The notes: a model not told the origin generated them from the letters alone. A stretch of DNA of 64,000 nucleotides from Dictyostelium discoideum (GCA_000004695.1 CM000152.2:4480001-4544000), one strand, 5' to 3'; shown: positions 18,244 through 31,971, counted from the stretch's first letter. Program-made: numbers and translations.

Positions 18244-18696
18244 AATAATAATAATAGTAATAATAATAATAATAATAAATAATAAGTAATATAAATAAAA
18301 AAAAAATAAAAAATAAAAAAAAAAAAAGTAAAAAATATATAAATATAAACAAAAAGAATGTAATAATATTTGTTAATTATTTAATATTAAGTTTTTTATT
18401 TTATTTTATTTTTTTTAAAAATTTCCATTCAAAACTATATATTTATTTAATTTCCATAACCACTTAATTTAATTAATTTCTTTAATTTTTTTTAATTCTT
18501 TTTTTTTTTTTTTTTGGAAATAAAATAATAATAATAAATTTTGGTTTAATAAAAGAGTAATAAACAGAAAAAAAAAAAAAATTATATAATTTTTGATTAA
18601 AAAAAAAAGAAAAAATTGATTTATTTTATAATTGTTTTTGTTATATATTTGTATTAATGTATTTTTGAAATTTTTGAAATAATTAAATAATTGAAC

Positions 18697-20298
18697 TTAA
18701 TTTGATTTTGGAGCTTCAGTGGTAGTTGGGGCAGCAGTGGTGGTAGTGACTGGTTTGGAGACTTGTTCTGGTTTCATAGCTGGGAAAAGAATAACTTCTT
18801 TAATGTTATAAGTATCAGACATTAACATAGCGAAACGATCGATACCAAGACCGAAACCACCAGTTGGTGGAAGACCATATTCGAGTGAGGTAGTGAAAAC
18901 TTTATCGATAAGCATAGATTCATCATCACCGGCAGCTTTAGCTTTAGCTTGTTCAGCGAAACGTTCGATTTGAACGAATGGATTATTTAATTCGGTGTAA
19001 GCATTACAGATTTCTTTGGTGTTGACAAAGAGTTCGAAACGTTCAGTTAATTGTGGTTTCTCTCTGTGATATTTGGAGAGTGGTGACATAATTTCTGGAT
19101 GATTGATGATGAAGGTTGGATTGATACATTGTACTTCTAAATATTCACCAACAAGTTTATCTAATAAACGAGCGGTAGTTTGTGGAGCAGAGCATTCAAC
19201 TTTACGTTCACGACAGGTTTTAACTAAAAATTCACGACATTCTTCACTGGTGTATGGGGTTGGAATCTTTTCACCAATGATTGCTTCCAAATCGGCAATC
19301 ATATCGATCTTTCTCCATGGTGAAGAGAAATCGATTTCGATTTCCTTACCTGATGGACCATCTGGGTGATATTTAATTTTGAGGGAACCATGGATACTCA
19401 TTACGATGGATTGGAGTAATTGTTCGGTCATGGTGTAGAGATCATTATAATCAGCGTATGCCATATAGAACTCGCAAGTGGTGAACTCTGGGTTATGGGT
19501 GTGATCGATATCTTCATTTCTGAATTGTTTACCAATTTCATAGACACGATCCATACCACCGACAACCAATTGTTTAAGGTAGAGTTCTGGTGCAATTCTC
19601 ATAAAGAGATCCATGTTGAGGGCGTTGTGATGGGTAAGGAATGGTTTAGCGGCGGCACCACCTGCGATCATATTCATCATTGGTGTTTCGACTTCAATGA
19701 AACCTAAATTGTCGAGATAACGTCTTACACCTTGAATAACCTTTGAACGAATGATAAAGTTCTTCTTTACACTTTCATTGCAAATCATATCCAAATAACG
19801 TTGTCTGAATCTGGTTTCTGGGTCTGTTAAACCTGAGGCTGCCTTTGGTAACATATGTAAACATGGTGATAATAAAATAACCTCTGTGGCAAATAATGAA
19901 AGTTCACCAGTCTTTGAACGACCTGGTGTACCTTTGGCACCAATAATATCACCACGTCTTAAGAGACCATTGATTTTAACGTAATCTTCTTCACATGATG
20001 CGTATGCACGTTTGTTAACTAAAACTTGTACTTTGTTGAACTCACCAGTGATATCGTAGAAAACTAAACCTGATCCTGCTGCTCTCTTACTTAAAACACG
20101 ACCTGCAATTGATACAACTTGAGTTGATGGTTCACCATCTTTTTCAAGAACTGAAAATTCTTCAACAAATTTTGGTAATTGATGTGAAACTTCAAATTTA
20201 TGTGGCCATGGGTTAACACCAATATCAGCACTTGTTAATTGTTTAGTACGATTTTCTTTATACATTGATGGATCGAAATCTTCTTCATCATTCTTTTT
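18697..20298 (-). CDS. lysS: Lysyl-tRNA synthetase (class II), main exon.
   Basis: The class II motifs and the lysRS-specific block [41 protein letters not shown] are present, with an N-terminal anticodon-binding OB region (WPHKF...[10 protein letters not shown]). The frame is open upstream of the annotated Met to an acceptor at 20299-20300. Confidence 0.85.
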   Translation of the reverse strand, partial: KKNDEEDFDPSMYKENRTKQLTSADIGVNPWPHKFEVSHQLPKFVEEFSVLEKDGEPSTQVVSIAGRVLSKRAAGSGLVFYDITGEFNKVQVLVNKRAYASCEEDYVKINGLLRRGDIIGAKGTPGRSKTGELSLFATEVILLSPCLHMLPKAASGLTDPETRFRQRYLDMICNESVKKNFIIRSKVIQGVRRYLDNLGFIEVETPMMNMIAGGAAAKPFLTHHNALNMDLFMRIAPELYLKQLVVGGMDRVYEIGKQFRNEDIDHTHNPEFTTCEFYMAYADYNDLYTMTEQLLQSIVMSIHGSLKIKYHPDGPSGKEIEIDFSSPWRKIDMIADLEAIIGEKIPTPYTSEECREFLVKTCRERKVECSAPQTTARLLDKLVGEYLEVQCINPTFIINHPEIMSPLSKYHREKPQLTERFELFVNTKEICNAYTELNNPFVQIERFAEQAKAKAAGDDESMLIDKVFTTSLEYGLPPTGGFGLGIDRFAMLMSDTYNIKEVILFPAMKPEQVSKPVTTTTAAPTTTEAPKSN

Positions 20299-20570
20299 GG
20301 CTGGTGCTCTTAAATATTAAAATTAATATATATAAATAAAATATATTTTTATATTTATTTAAATAAATAAATAAATAAATAAATAAAAAAAAAAATGAAA
20401 AAAAAAAAATTGTTAGAAATAAGTTCTGAGAAAAATGAGTAGTATTTGTAAATATTAAAAAAAAAAAAAAAAAAATTAAAAAATAAAATAAAATAGGATA
20501 TTAAAAATTTTAATAAAAGAAAAGGAAATAAATAAATTATTTAAACCAAATATTTCATTTCCGAAATTAT

Positions 20571-20606
<36 letters not shown>

Positions 20607-20649
20607 CTTTTCTTTTCTTTCTATTAAACCTATTTGTTAATCCAATATT

Positions 20650-20688
<39 letters not shown>

Positions 20689-20695
20689 TACATAC

Positions 20696-20739
20696 TGTTT
20701 AGCTGGTTGTTTGGCTGGAGCTGGAGCTGGAGTTGTCAT
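20696..20739 (-). CDS. lysS: Lysyl-tRNA synthetase, putative 5' exon (MTTPAPAPAKQPAKQ), joined across a 397-bp intron at 20299..20695.
   Basis: A minus-strand ATG at 20739 is followed by a GTATGT donor after 44 nt. The phase-2 junction with the AG acceptor at 20299-20300 gives MTTPAPAPAKQPAKQ|[20 protein letters not shown], a Lys/Ala/Pro-rich N-terminal extension typical of eukaryotic LysRS. The intron is unusually long for this genome. Confidence 0.45.
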
Positions 20740-21092
20740 TTTTAATTATTTATATATGTATTGGTATTTCTAAAAAAAAAAAAAAAACTAAAAAACTATC
20801 GAAAAAAAAAAAAAAAAAAAATTAAAAACGAAAAAAAAACTTAAAAAAACTATCAAAAAAAAAAAAAATAAAATAAAAAAATAAAAAAATTAAAAAAAAA
20901 AATTCCAAAATTCAATTCAATACAATCCCACACTTCACCCCATTTTATTATTATTTTTAGTTTTTTTAAGATTTAAAATATTATTATTTTTTTTCTGAGA
21001 TATTTATATTATTTTTTTTCTATTATTTATTTCATAATCAAAAATTCAAAAACTTATTTATGTTTTAATTTTTTTTTTTTTTAATTTTTTTC

Positions 21093-21130
<38 letters not shown>

Positions 21131-21720
21131 TGTAATATAAAAAAAAAAGCTATTATAAAATTTTATTTTTAATATAATTTTATGGTTTTATTCAATAATA
21201 ATATCAATTATGCATTAATTTTATTTCAATATTCAATTCTTTTTTAATGTTAAATCAATTTATTAAATTTATTGAAATAAAAAAAAAAATAAAAATAAAA
21301 ATAAACCAAAATTGGAATTATATAATGCAATTTAATTATTATTTATTCCAATACATTTTTATTTTAATGGAAACTTATTTACACTTCCATAATTTAAAAT
21401 AACCATGTGGAAGTAAACCTATTTATTCCATGTTTTTTTTTAAACGGGAATAGAATGCTCTATTCTAAAAAGATAGAAAAAACAAAAAAAAAAACAAAAA
21501 AAATTAAATTAAACAGCCGATCGTTTATTTTATTGTTTTTTTATTTTTTTTAATTTTTTATTTTTTTTATTTTTCAATTTTTTTTTTTTCGAGTTAAGAA
21601 AAACTATAAAACCATAAAATTTTTTATAATATTTTAAATTAAATATCATTTTTTGTATTATTACAATTACCTTTTTTTTTTTTTTCAATAAATTAATAAA
21701 TATAAAAATTATCATTTAAA

Positions 21721-21832
21721 ATGTGCAAAAAGATTACTTGCGGTAAATGTACTAAACCAACTTGGGCTGTATGTATTTTATTTTTTTATTAATCTTATAT
21801 TTATTTTTATTTTTGTCTATGCTAACCATAAA

Positions 21833-21870
<38 letters not shown>

Positions 21871-21950
21871 TATAGGGTTGTGGTCAACATATTGAAAGTT
21901 GTTTAGCAGATGTACCAGTCAATGAAAGATGTGTTTGTGCTCGTACCTGA
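21721..21950 (+). CDS. Two-exon micro-ORF encoding a 40-aa Cys-rich peptide, MCKKITCGKCTKPTWAGCGQHIESCLADVPVNERCVCART. Exons are 21721..21768 and 21876..21950.
   Basis: The ATG at 21721 is followed by a GTATGT donor at 21769. A 107-bp AT-rich intron ends TATAG at 21871-21875. Both junctions are phase 0, and the TGA stop is at 21948-21950. The peptide has 8 Cys in 40 residues and is not in the ORF track. Confidence 0.4.
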
Positions 21951-22254
21951 ATCGCATTTGTTCAAGAAAATAAAATAATGATATCAATTGCTTTGGTATT
22001 ATTATTGTATAGATTATTTCAATAATAATAATAATAATAATTAAATAAATTTAAAACGATATATAACAATATTTCAATTCTTTTTTTTTTTTTTTCTTTT
22101 TTTTTTTTAAAGAAGAGGAAACAAAAAAATAAAGATTTTAAAAGGATACATAATAATATTTTTTTTAATGTTGCTCTTGATGTTTTTTTTTTTTTTTTAT
22201 TTTAAAAACATAATTAAAAACTGGAAAAAAAAAAAAACAAAAAAAAAAAACAAA

Positions 22255-25063
22255 TTAGTTTAGTAAAAATTCAGATTTAACAACCCATCTCTTTGAAACT
22301 TTGCTAAATTCTGAAACACTTTTTAATAAAACCTTAAATAATGGTGCTTGTTCTTCAGTGATTGTTAATTGGAAATTGTTAATAATTGATTGAGTTGTGA
22401 CTGAACCACCTTTTTCCATAATAAAGTTAAAAATACTTTCGATAATCTCTGAAGAATTTAATCCACCAAATAATGTTTTAGCAGTTTCTTCCTCTTCAGC
22501 ATTTAATGTTGATAATAATTTTGATGATGAAAATCTATTATTATTATTATTTTTATTATTATTATTATTATTACTATTATTACTTTGATTGTTATTATTA
22601 TTATTATTATTGTTATTATTATTGTTATTATTATTTAAAAGTGTACTATCATTAAGTGATGTGATATTTGAAATTTGTTGAAGTGGTGATAAATGAGTTG
22701 GTAATTTTGATTTTTGACCAAATCTTCCGCCACCGCCACCACCACCAATTGGACTAGAAACTGCTAATGAAGTAGAGGTTGTAGTTGAAGTTGGTGATGT
22801 AATGAATGATGGAGCGCCACCAGAACCAAATCTTCCAGTCCAAGTTGGTGTATTACCAGTAATTTGTTCACGAGATTTCTTTAAAATACTAACAGCTTTT
22901 GAGGCGATTTTCTCAGCTTCATTCATTAATAATGAATGTTCTGGTCCTGATTGGTCCATAATTGTGTCATGTTTCAAAGCACTCTTTAAACCTTCTTTCT
23001 CGAATAAACATTTCAAAATATATGAATCGTCATTCTCTCCACTTGGTGAATTATTACCATCAATATCAGCATCAGCATCAACATCATTCTTGATTTTATT
23101 ATTATTATTATTTCCTATAATTCTTTTACCATGATTACCTCTAACTCTTTTTTTACTTTTGCTATCACTTTCATCACTACTACTATAATTATTATCACCA
23201 TCATCTTTTTTCTTTTTTGGTATTAATGGTGAACTACTATTTAAAATACTGTTATTATTATTATTCTTATTTTTAATTGAATTTTTATCATTTTTATCAT
23301 TCATATGTTCAGGTAAAATTTCAGAATTTGAACCAGAAAAGATATCACCAGTTTCTGAACCTTTTTTATTTTTTGTATAGGTGAATAAATCTTTGAAATG
23401 TTTTGATTTAAAGAATCTTTTTTGACGTGGATCTTTTAAGATTTTATTGGTTAAGAATTGTTTATAGATTTGACGATGATAGATTTTCTCTTCTATTGTA
23501 CCCAATGTGATTAGACGATAAATCGTTACAGCTTTCTTTTGACCAATTCTGTAGACTCTTTCCCTTGCTTGCATATCAGTTGATGGATTCCAATCTGGGT
23601 CAAACAAGATCACCCTATTGGCACCAGTTAAATTTAAACCTAATCCACCAACTTTTGTAGTTAGCAAGAAAATGAATAATGAAGGATCAATATTAAATTG
23701 TTCAACTAAACATTGACGTTGTCTAATTGAGGTCGTACCATCCATACGAAGATAATTGAATTGTGTTGAATCTCTAATATACTGCTCTACGATATCCAGC
23801 ATTTGTCTAGTTTGACAAAATAATAATACTTTATCACCTTGTTTAAACCATAGGGGTAGGATGGTTTCCACCACTTTTAACTTTGCACTTCTTTCAATGT
23901 TACCATAATCATGTGGTCTATCTTCATCACTGGCATCCATATGAAGTATATCAGGATGATTGCAAATCTTCTTCAAAATATCAATACCATAGAGAGCATT
24001 ACGCCTTCCATCCAATACTGATTTAATATCGTTACTATCTAAAAACTCCAAATAAAGTTTCTCTTGAAATGGTGTCAATGGACACATTAAAACCTGTTCA
24101 TTCTTTGATGGAAGTGATTTCAATACATCGGATTTCACTCTTCTAAGCATGTATGGTGAGATTAAATCACGTAATGCCACTGCACATTTATAGGCTGCTT
24201 GAACTTGTATTGGAGATGCATTGGCAAATCCACCAACGGAAATGGGTAATGAAAATTGAGATTTAAAAATTGGCAATGTTCCTAACCTACCAGGGAAAAC
24301 AAAATCAAAAAGTGACCATAACTCTGTTAATTTGTTTTGAATTGGCGAACCTGATAAAATCACCCTATGTGGAGTTTGAAGTTGTTTACAAGATAGTGTA
24401 ATCTCTGCATCTGGATTACGAATTTTATGACCTTCATCTAAAATAACATATTCCCAATGATACTTTAACAATATCTCTTGATTTATACGAATTGAATCAA
24501 ATGTTGTCAAAAGTATATGCCCCTTTTCTGCAATCTTTTTAACAATATCTTCTTTATCACTACCATCATTACCACCACCACCACTACCACTTGAATGAAA
24601 TAAACCAACTCTAAATGGTGGCCACCATTTATGAAACTCTTTAATCCAATTAGAAAGTAATGTAGCTGGCGCAACAATTAAAGCAGGACCACCTAATCTT
24701 CTACTATAATGAAGTGATGCCAAGAATGAAACGATTTGTACGGTTTTACCTAAACCCATTTCATCACCAACAATACCACCAGTTTCTTGACAATGCAATT
24801 CATATAACCAACGAACACACGTAACTTGATATTCAAATAAATTCTTATAAATATCAAATGGTATCTTAAAATTTTCATCAATTTCATAATCATCACCAAT
24901 TATTTCTTCTTCAGCTTCTTTTTCTTCTTCTTCTTCAAATATTTTTTCAATTTCATTATTATTATTTTTATTTAAAACTGCTTCTTCATCTAATTTTTCA
25001 TTATTTAAATATTCATCCTCAGCTAAATCATATTGACTTGGATATAATTCATCTTCATTTTCT

Positions 25064-25095
<32 letters not shown>

Positions 25096-26854
25096 TTTCA
25101 TTAAATTATCAGTATATTTCTCTAATACTTCAAGTCTTTTCTTTTGATCCATTTTCTTTATACGATCTCTAATTTTCTTTTTCTTCCATTCTAATAATCT
25201 CTTTTGATAAACTTTTTCATTACCATCATCAGTCCATCTCTCTTTATGAATGTTTAATAATTCTTTTGGTATACGATCATCATAATCAATTTTTTCATCT
25301 TCATCATCTTCATCTTCGTCATCATTGTCATCATCATCATCCACGTCTTGTTTTCTTTTTCTTTTATTATTTGAAATTGTACTTTTTATTGATTTTTTAT
25401 TCTTTTTTAATGTAAATTCTTCTTCAATTTCATCTTCATCTTCATCTTCATTATCTTCAATTTCAATTTCTTTATAATCTTCTTGATCATCATCATCATC
25501 TTCATCATCATCATCATCATTCTCTTCATTTTCATTTTCATCATTCTCTTCTTTTTCATTATCATCATCCTTTTCTTTATTAGTATCGGTAGTTAAATTT
25601 AATCTATTGGTAGGAGTTCTAATTCTACCACTAAGACTAATATCTAAATTTAATAAATCATCATCATTATTATTTTTTGGTTTTGATTTTGATTTTGGTG
25701 TCGAGATTTTTTTTAATTTTGAATTTGATTTTTTTGAAGATTTTGGTGGAGGAGATTCATCATTTTCTTCTTTTTCAATATCAATTTCATCTTCTTCATT
25801 TTCTTCTTCATTGTTATTATTATTATAATCATCATTATCATCTTCTGAAATATTTAAAGATTCCATATCATTAAAATCATCATAAAATTCTTGTAATTTC
25901 TTTGGTGGATCACGTTGAATACTATACTTTTTCATTTTTTTTTGTTTCTTTTTCTCTTTTTCAGTTAATACTTTCTTTTTCTTTGCATCGAATCTATTTG
26001 TGGTCTTTTTAATTGGTTTTAAGAATATTTTACTACCACCACTGCCACCACCGCCACCGCCTTGATTCTTTTCATTTTGTTCAGTTTCTTTCTCTTGGTC
26101 CAATGTTTTTGTGATATCAACAACGTCATCCAATACAATTGTTTTTTTATTTGTTTTTGAATGCATTTCAGAGAATGGTGTAATTTTACCAGTTCTAATT
26201 AACCTATCTCTTTCAGATTCAGTAGTAGAGAAACCAAATGCTTTATCGAATAAACTTGGTAATGGTAATTCACCAATTGATTTATTTTCACCACTACTAT
26301 TTGAACCATCTGGTTTTCTTTTTTGATCATTTATTCTTTTCTCTCTATCTGTTTTTATCTTTTCTTTAATTTCAATGATTTTATTTTGAGTTGATTTCTC
26401 TTGACTCTTTAAATCGCTAAGTTTCTTCTTTTCAAATGTTATCAATGATATTAAACTTGCAAGTGTATCTTTATCAATATCTTTATTCTTTTCATTGATT
26501 TCTCTTTCATTGTTTTTAAATAGAAATTGTTCTGCCTCTGAAATATCGTTTCTAATTTTCTTTAATTTTATATCAAGTTCATTAATTTCATTATATAGTA
26601 TTTCTTTATCAATTTTATGTATTACTTTATTTTCAACATAATTTGAACTATATTGTGTAACACCCAATTTCGATAAATCTAATGATTGATTATTATTATT
26701 ATTATTATTGTTAAATCTATTATTATTAGATGAAGTGGTGGTTGTTGTAGTCGTTTTAAATTTATTACTATTACCAGGGTCGAATCTACTAAAATTTTTA
26801 GGTAATCCATTCTTTTGTTGATCTTGTAACGATGCTCTACTTTTATTATTATTA

Positions 26855-26910
<56 letters not shown>

Positions 26911-27222
26911 GTTATTATTATTATTATTAGTTGTGGTAGTGGTTGTGGTTGGGTAAGAGCTTGTTCTTTTACCATGATACAATTGATTACCTTTACTTTG
27001 AAGAGATGATTGTGATGCTGTTGGATTTGATTTTCTTAAAAAATTAGGTTTATCATCTTTTGGTTTATTGGTAGTAGTATTATTATTATTATTATTGTTA
27101 TTATTGTTATTTATATTATTATTATCATTATTTTCTGTACTTGGTTTCCAACCTGGTAATATAAATTGTCTAATATCTTGTGATTTATTATTATTATTAT
27201 TATTATTACTATTATTACTCAT
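22255..27222 (-). CDS. ercc6: SNF2-family DNA-dependent ATPase, ERCC6/CSB/Rad26 homolog, 1655 aa.
   Basis: The helicase core WLYELHCQETGGIVGDEMGLGKTVQIVSFLASL...HKWWPPFRV...ILDEGHKIRNPDAEITL...LSGSPIQNKLTELWSLFDFVFPGRLGTLPIFKSQFSLPISVGGFANASPIQVQAAYKCAVALRDLISPYMLRRVKSDV is collinear with human CSB. An acidic N-terminal region and poly-N tracts are present. Confidence 0.85.
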
Positions 27223-28283
27223 TTAATTTTTTATTTTTCTCTGATTTGAAAAAAATAAAATACGAGTGTATAAAACAAATAAAATACGAGCGTAACAAAC
27301 AAATAAAATTTTTAAAAAAATAAAAAAATAAAAAAAATAAAAAAAGTAAAAAAAAATAAAAAAAAAAATAAAAAAAAATAAATTAATGAAAAAATTAATT
27401 TTTCTTGGAATTTCCTAAAATAAAATTAATAAAACTAATTTTTTAAACTCATTAAAACATTAAAAAATGAATTATTTACAAACTAAAAAAAAAAAAAAAA
27501 AAATTTTTTACTTATATACAATACTTTTTAATTTTTTTATTATTAAATAAAAAAAAAAAAAGGAATTTCAAATAATTTTTTTTTATATATTTTCAAACAA
27601 ACATATTTTGATATATTTATTTGTAGATTAAAATAATTTTTGAACTATATAGATATTCAGTTTATTTACTCTTTATTATGATTAACCTTGGCTGAAAAAA
27701 AAAAAAAAAAAAAAAAAAAAAATTAAAAAGAGCTAAAGTCAATTTTATATAATAATTTTAAACCATCTGTTTTGATTGAAATGAACCCCTTTTTTCAATA
27801 TTCTACCTATTAAATTAAGAAAATAAATAGTTTAAAAAAAAAAAAATATTAATAAAATTTAAAATGGAAATAAAAAGGTTTTTTTCTTATTTTTTCCCCA
27901 AAAAAAAAAAAAAAAAAAAACAACTGATATAAGTTGTCGGGTGTGGTATTTTAACTAGCTCTCATAAAAATCCATGCAAACACAAGATAAAAAAAAATTG
28001 AAATGAAATGGACTACTACAACAATGTTGCCAGTAGGTTTTTTTTTTTTTTTTCTATTTTTATTATTATTTATATTATTATTATTTTTTTTATTTTTTTT
28101 ATTTTTTTATTTTTTTTTTTTAAAAATCTCAAAACTGATAAAAGTAGTATTTTAATTTTTAACCAAATATATCATCTATGATAAAAACAATTCTAATAAA
28201 ATCAATTTTTCTTCAAACATCAAAGAAAACCATGTGGCTTTATTTTTAAAATATAAAAAAAAATAAATATTAATTTAATTAAT

Positions 28284-28316
<33 letters not shown>

Positions 28317-28730
28317 AAATTTAAAATAGTATTTAAATGAGGTAAAAATTTAGAACATTCATTTAAATAAATTCAAAAGTACTTGTATATTAAAAATAAT
28401 AATAAAAATTAAGAAGATTTAAATATATACATTATATCTATATTTAACAACTCCAAAAAAAAAAAAAAAAAAAGTAATATTAATTAAAAACCTAAATTGG
28501 AAAAAACTAATTGAACACATTTAAAATACAAAATTATTGTTTATAAAAACACATAAATATTTATAATTATCCAAAAAATTTTTTGATTTTCAAAGTTGTG
28601 TTTATTTTTTAAAATTATTTTTAATATAATATATTGGGTAAATAAAAAAGAAGAACATAAAAGTTCTTTATTAATAATTTATCTATTTTTTTAAAAGTAA
28701 ATCTTTTTAATTATTTTATTTTTGTTTAGG

Positions 28731-28773
<43 letters not shown>

Positions 28774-29055
28774 TAAATAAAAAAAAAGTAAAAAAATTAA
28801 TTAAACAAAATATAATAATATTGATTGTTTTATTTACAAAATTTAACTCCAACTGCTCATTGGAAACTTTAATTAATAAAAAAAAAAAAAAAAATAGAAT
28901 TATTTTCAAACCAAAGCAATAAAAACACACCCAATTTTTTGAATTTATTATTTCACACAAAACTAACCCACCCAAGCAAAACAACACACTCCCACACTTT
29001 CAAAAATAGTTTAAACAAACCTAATACATTTTTTTATTATAAAAATAATTTAAAT

Positions 29056-29094
<39 letters not shown>

Positions 29095-29467
29095 ATAAAG
29101 AAAATAAAAAAAAAAAAAAAAAATTCTATTATTAACAAAAAAAGAAAACAAAATAATTACTTAACAAAAAGTTTAATGGCATATAAAGATTCATATATTA
29201 ACAATTTTCAATTAATATAAATTTAAAAAGTAGAAATCAAATCTATAAAAAAAAAAAATTTTATTTTATTTAGAAACAAAAGAATTCTTTATCATAAAAA
29301 TGTATGTATATATATTTAATCAACCCTTTTTTTTTTTTTTTTTATTTTTCAAATTAATTAGTTTCTTTAATAACCCTTTATTTTAAATTTTTTTAAATAT
29401 TAAAAAAAATATGTAATAACAAATAAATAGGAATAGTTTTTTAATTGAAAAATATTGTGATTTTGAA

Positions 29468-30579
29468 TTGCCAAATTATATTAATTTGGCAATTCCAGTA
29501 TTCTTTATTGCAATGGTAGTTGAAGTTACTATTCAATTTTGGAAAGTAAAATATAGAAATCAAGAATCTGATCATGATTTTAATGATACAATATGTTCAA
29601 TTTTATTGGGTTCCCTACAAGAAGTTTTTCATTTCTTTATGAAACCAATGTTTTTTATACCATATTTATATATGTATGTATTTTTTTTATTAATAATTAA
29701 ATTGAATTATTAAATTATCCATAAAATTTTTATTATTATATTTTAGATGGAATAATTTTAGAATTTTGGATGCATCAACTACAAATGTGTTAAGTTTCAT
29801 TTTAGGATTTTTAGGAATTGATTTTTCAATTTATTGGTAATTATTAATAAAATATATATATATACTAAAATAATAATAATAATAATTATAATAAAAATTC
29901 TAATATTATTTTATTATAATATTATTTTATATTTTAATTTTTTAATTTTTTAAAAGTTTTCATCGTTTAGGACATGAATTTAATTTTTTTTGGGCATTAC
30001 ATGTACCACATCATTCATCAGATTATTATAATTTTTCATCAGCAACTAGACAAAGTATGTTTCAATATATTTATGTTTGGATACATTATTTACCAATGGC
30101 ATTTTTCGTTCATCCAATTCATTATTCATTTCATCATCATTGGAATAGAATCGTCCAATTTTGGTTACATACAAATGTATTGACTGGTTATTGTGAATGG
30201 ATTGAATTTATTTTTGTAACACCAAGAATTCATAGAGTTCATCATGCAAAGAATCCACAATATATTGATAAAAATTATGGTGGAATGTTAACGATTTGGG
30301 ATAAACTATTCGGTACATTTCAAGTCGAACATCCTGATGTTAAAATGGAATTTGGTATAACAGAAGATGATGATATCAACACTCATTCAACTATTTGGTT
30401 AAATATTCATCATTTCGTTTATATGTATAATCTATCAAAAAGATTAAAAGGTTTTTCAAAATTAAAAGTTATTTATAAACCACCAAATTGGTTACCAGAA
30501 GATGATTATCCAATTATTATTAATAATAATAATAATAATATTAAAAATGATGATAATAATGATAATAATGATAATAATG

Positions 30580-30657
<78 letters not shown>

Positions 30658-30761
30658 TAATTAATAGTAATGAAGATAGTTGTAATAATAGTAGTGATGA
30701 TAGTGATAGTAATTGTTGTGATGAAAATCAAAAATTATTAAAGATTATTAAAAATAATAAC

Positions 30762-30809
<48 letters not shown>

Positions 30810-31439
30810 TTAGAATCATCAGATTTAATAATTAAAAAACAAGTTTTAATTGAAAAACTAAATATTGAAGATAAAAATCAAAATCAAACAATTTCAAAAA
30901 AAAGAAAAACTAATGATGTTTTTGGTGTTTTAATGTGTGCATATTTATTAATGGAAGCAACAAATATTAGTATTATATTATCAAGTTTAGAGAATTTTAA
31001 ATTTGTTTTCAATGATAAGGATATTTATAAAGTTGCAATTATAATAGTATTCCAAATTGGATTTGTTGGTTCAATTTTATCAAAGAATAATAGTGATCCA
31101 ATTTATATTAATTCAAAAACAATAACTAGAAAATCTAAAAAATATTCAATTTACAATTTAATTTCATCACAACAAATACAACCACAACCATCAATATTAA
31201 TTAATGATTTAAAAATTTCATTCCTTGAAAGTAATCCAATATTATCATTGGTTCAAATGTTAAGAATGGTAATAACAACTATTTTCTTTTATGATATAAG
31301 TATGACAAATGTTTTTCCAAGTGTTCAATTATTCTTTGGTTTCCTTTTCAAATTCACTTGTATTCAAATAGTTTCTTGGTTTGTTGCTGTTTTGTTTTCA
31401 TATCATAAAAATATTATTATCACTTCAGAAAATTTAGAA

Positions 31440-31533
<94 letters not shown>

Positions 31534-31664
31534 TTCAAATTAAAAAAGAATATAAAATAAATCAATTATCAGATAGAGAATCACTTAAAAATCATTATAA
31601 ATATCAAACTAATCAAACAATTGAATATTTAAAATCCAAAATTAAATCTCAAAAAAATGAATAA
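29468..31664 (+). CDS. Alkylglycerol monooxygenase (AGMO/TMEM195) homolog of the fatty-acid hydroxylase superfamily. Three exons: 29468..29673, 29747..29836 and 29957..31664.
   Basis: The His-box region FHRLGHEF...HVPHHSSDYYNFSSATRQSMFQ...HHHWNRIVQFWLHTNVL...TPRIHRVHHAKNPQYIDKNYGGMLTIWDKLFGTF...FHHF is collinear with human AGMO, including the N-terminal TM exon. The donors are GTATGT at 29674 and GTAATT at 29837, the acceptors are TTTTAG at 29741-29746 and AAAAG at 29952-29956, and the phases are 2 and 2. Long poly-N inserts and C-terminal TM segments are present. Confidence 0.75.
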
Positions 31665-31849
31665 ATATTAAGAAATTATATTAAAAATGTTAATTTACTC
31701 ATAGATCACACTTAAAAATTAATTTTTAAAGAAATAAATATTATATACATATCGTTTTACAAAATGCTTGAATTGTGTAATTTCACACTTTATAATATTA
31801 TTATTCTATTTATTATTGTTTTTAATGGATAATAATAGGTCATAATGAA

Positions 31850-31860
31850 GGATTCGAACC
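31850..31860 (-). promoter_or_regulatory. External B box (ex-B box, GGTTCGAATCC) about 30 bp downstream of tRNA-Leu(UAA).
   Basis: The plus strand reads ggattcgaacc, whose reverse complement is the Pol III B-box consensus. Many Dictyostelium tRNA genes carry such an extra B box 3' of the gene. Confidence 0.6.
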
Positions 31861-31889
31861 TACGACTGAATTATATTTGCTAAAAGCTT

Positions 31890-31971
31890 GCAAGAGGCGA
31901 GATTCGAACTCGCGAACCGAATGGATGAGATCTTAAGTCACACGGATTTAACCAGACTTTCCTACCCTTGC
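31890..31971 (-). tRNA. tRNA-Leu(UAA), type II, 82 nt.
   Basis: The minus-strand sequence is GCAAGGGTAGGAAAGTCTGGTTAAATCCGTGTGACTTAAGATCTCATCCATTCGGTTCGCGAGTTCGAATCTCGCCTCTTGC. It has a 7-bp acceptor stem, a perfect T-arm (GCGAG TTCGAAT CTCGC), an anticodon loop CU-UAA-GA and a long variable arm. Confidence 0.85.

Noticed and set aside
19103-19707. Plus-strand ORFs inside the lysRS coding region.
   Set aside because: They are antisense to a well-conserved aaRS exon, with no homology and composition-driven.
27961-28005. Short ATG ORF (MKWTTTTMLP) followed by GTAGGT in the ERCC6/AGMO intergenic region.
   Set aside because: At 10 codons, with a weak donor and no downstream exon found, the evidence is insufficient.
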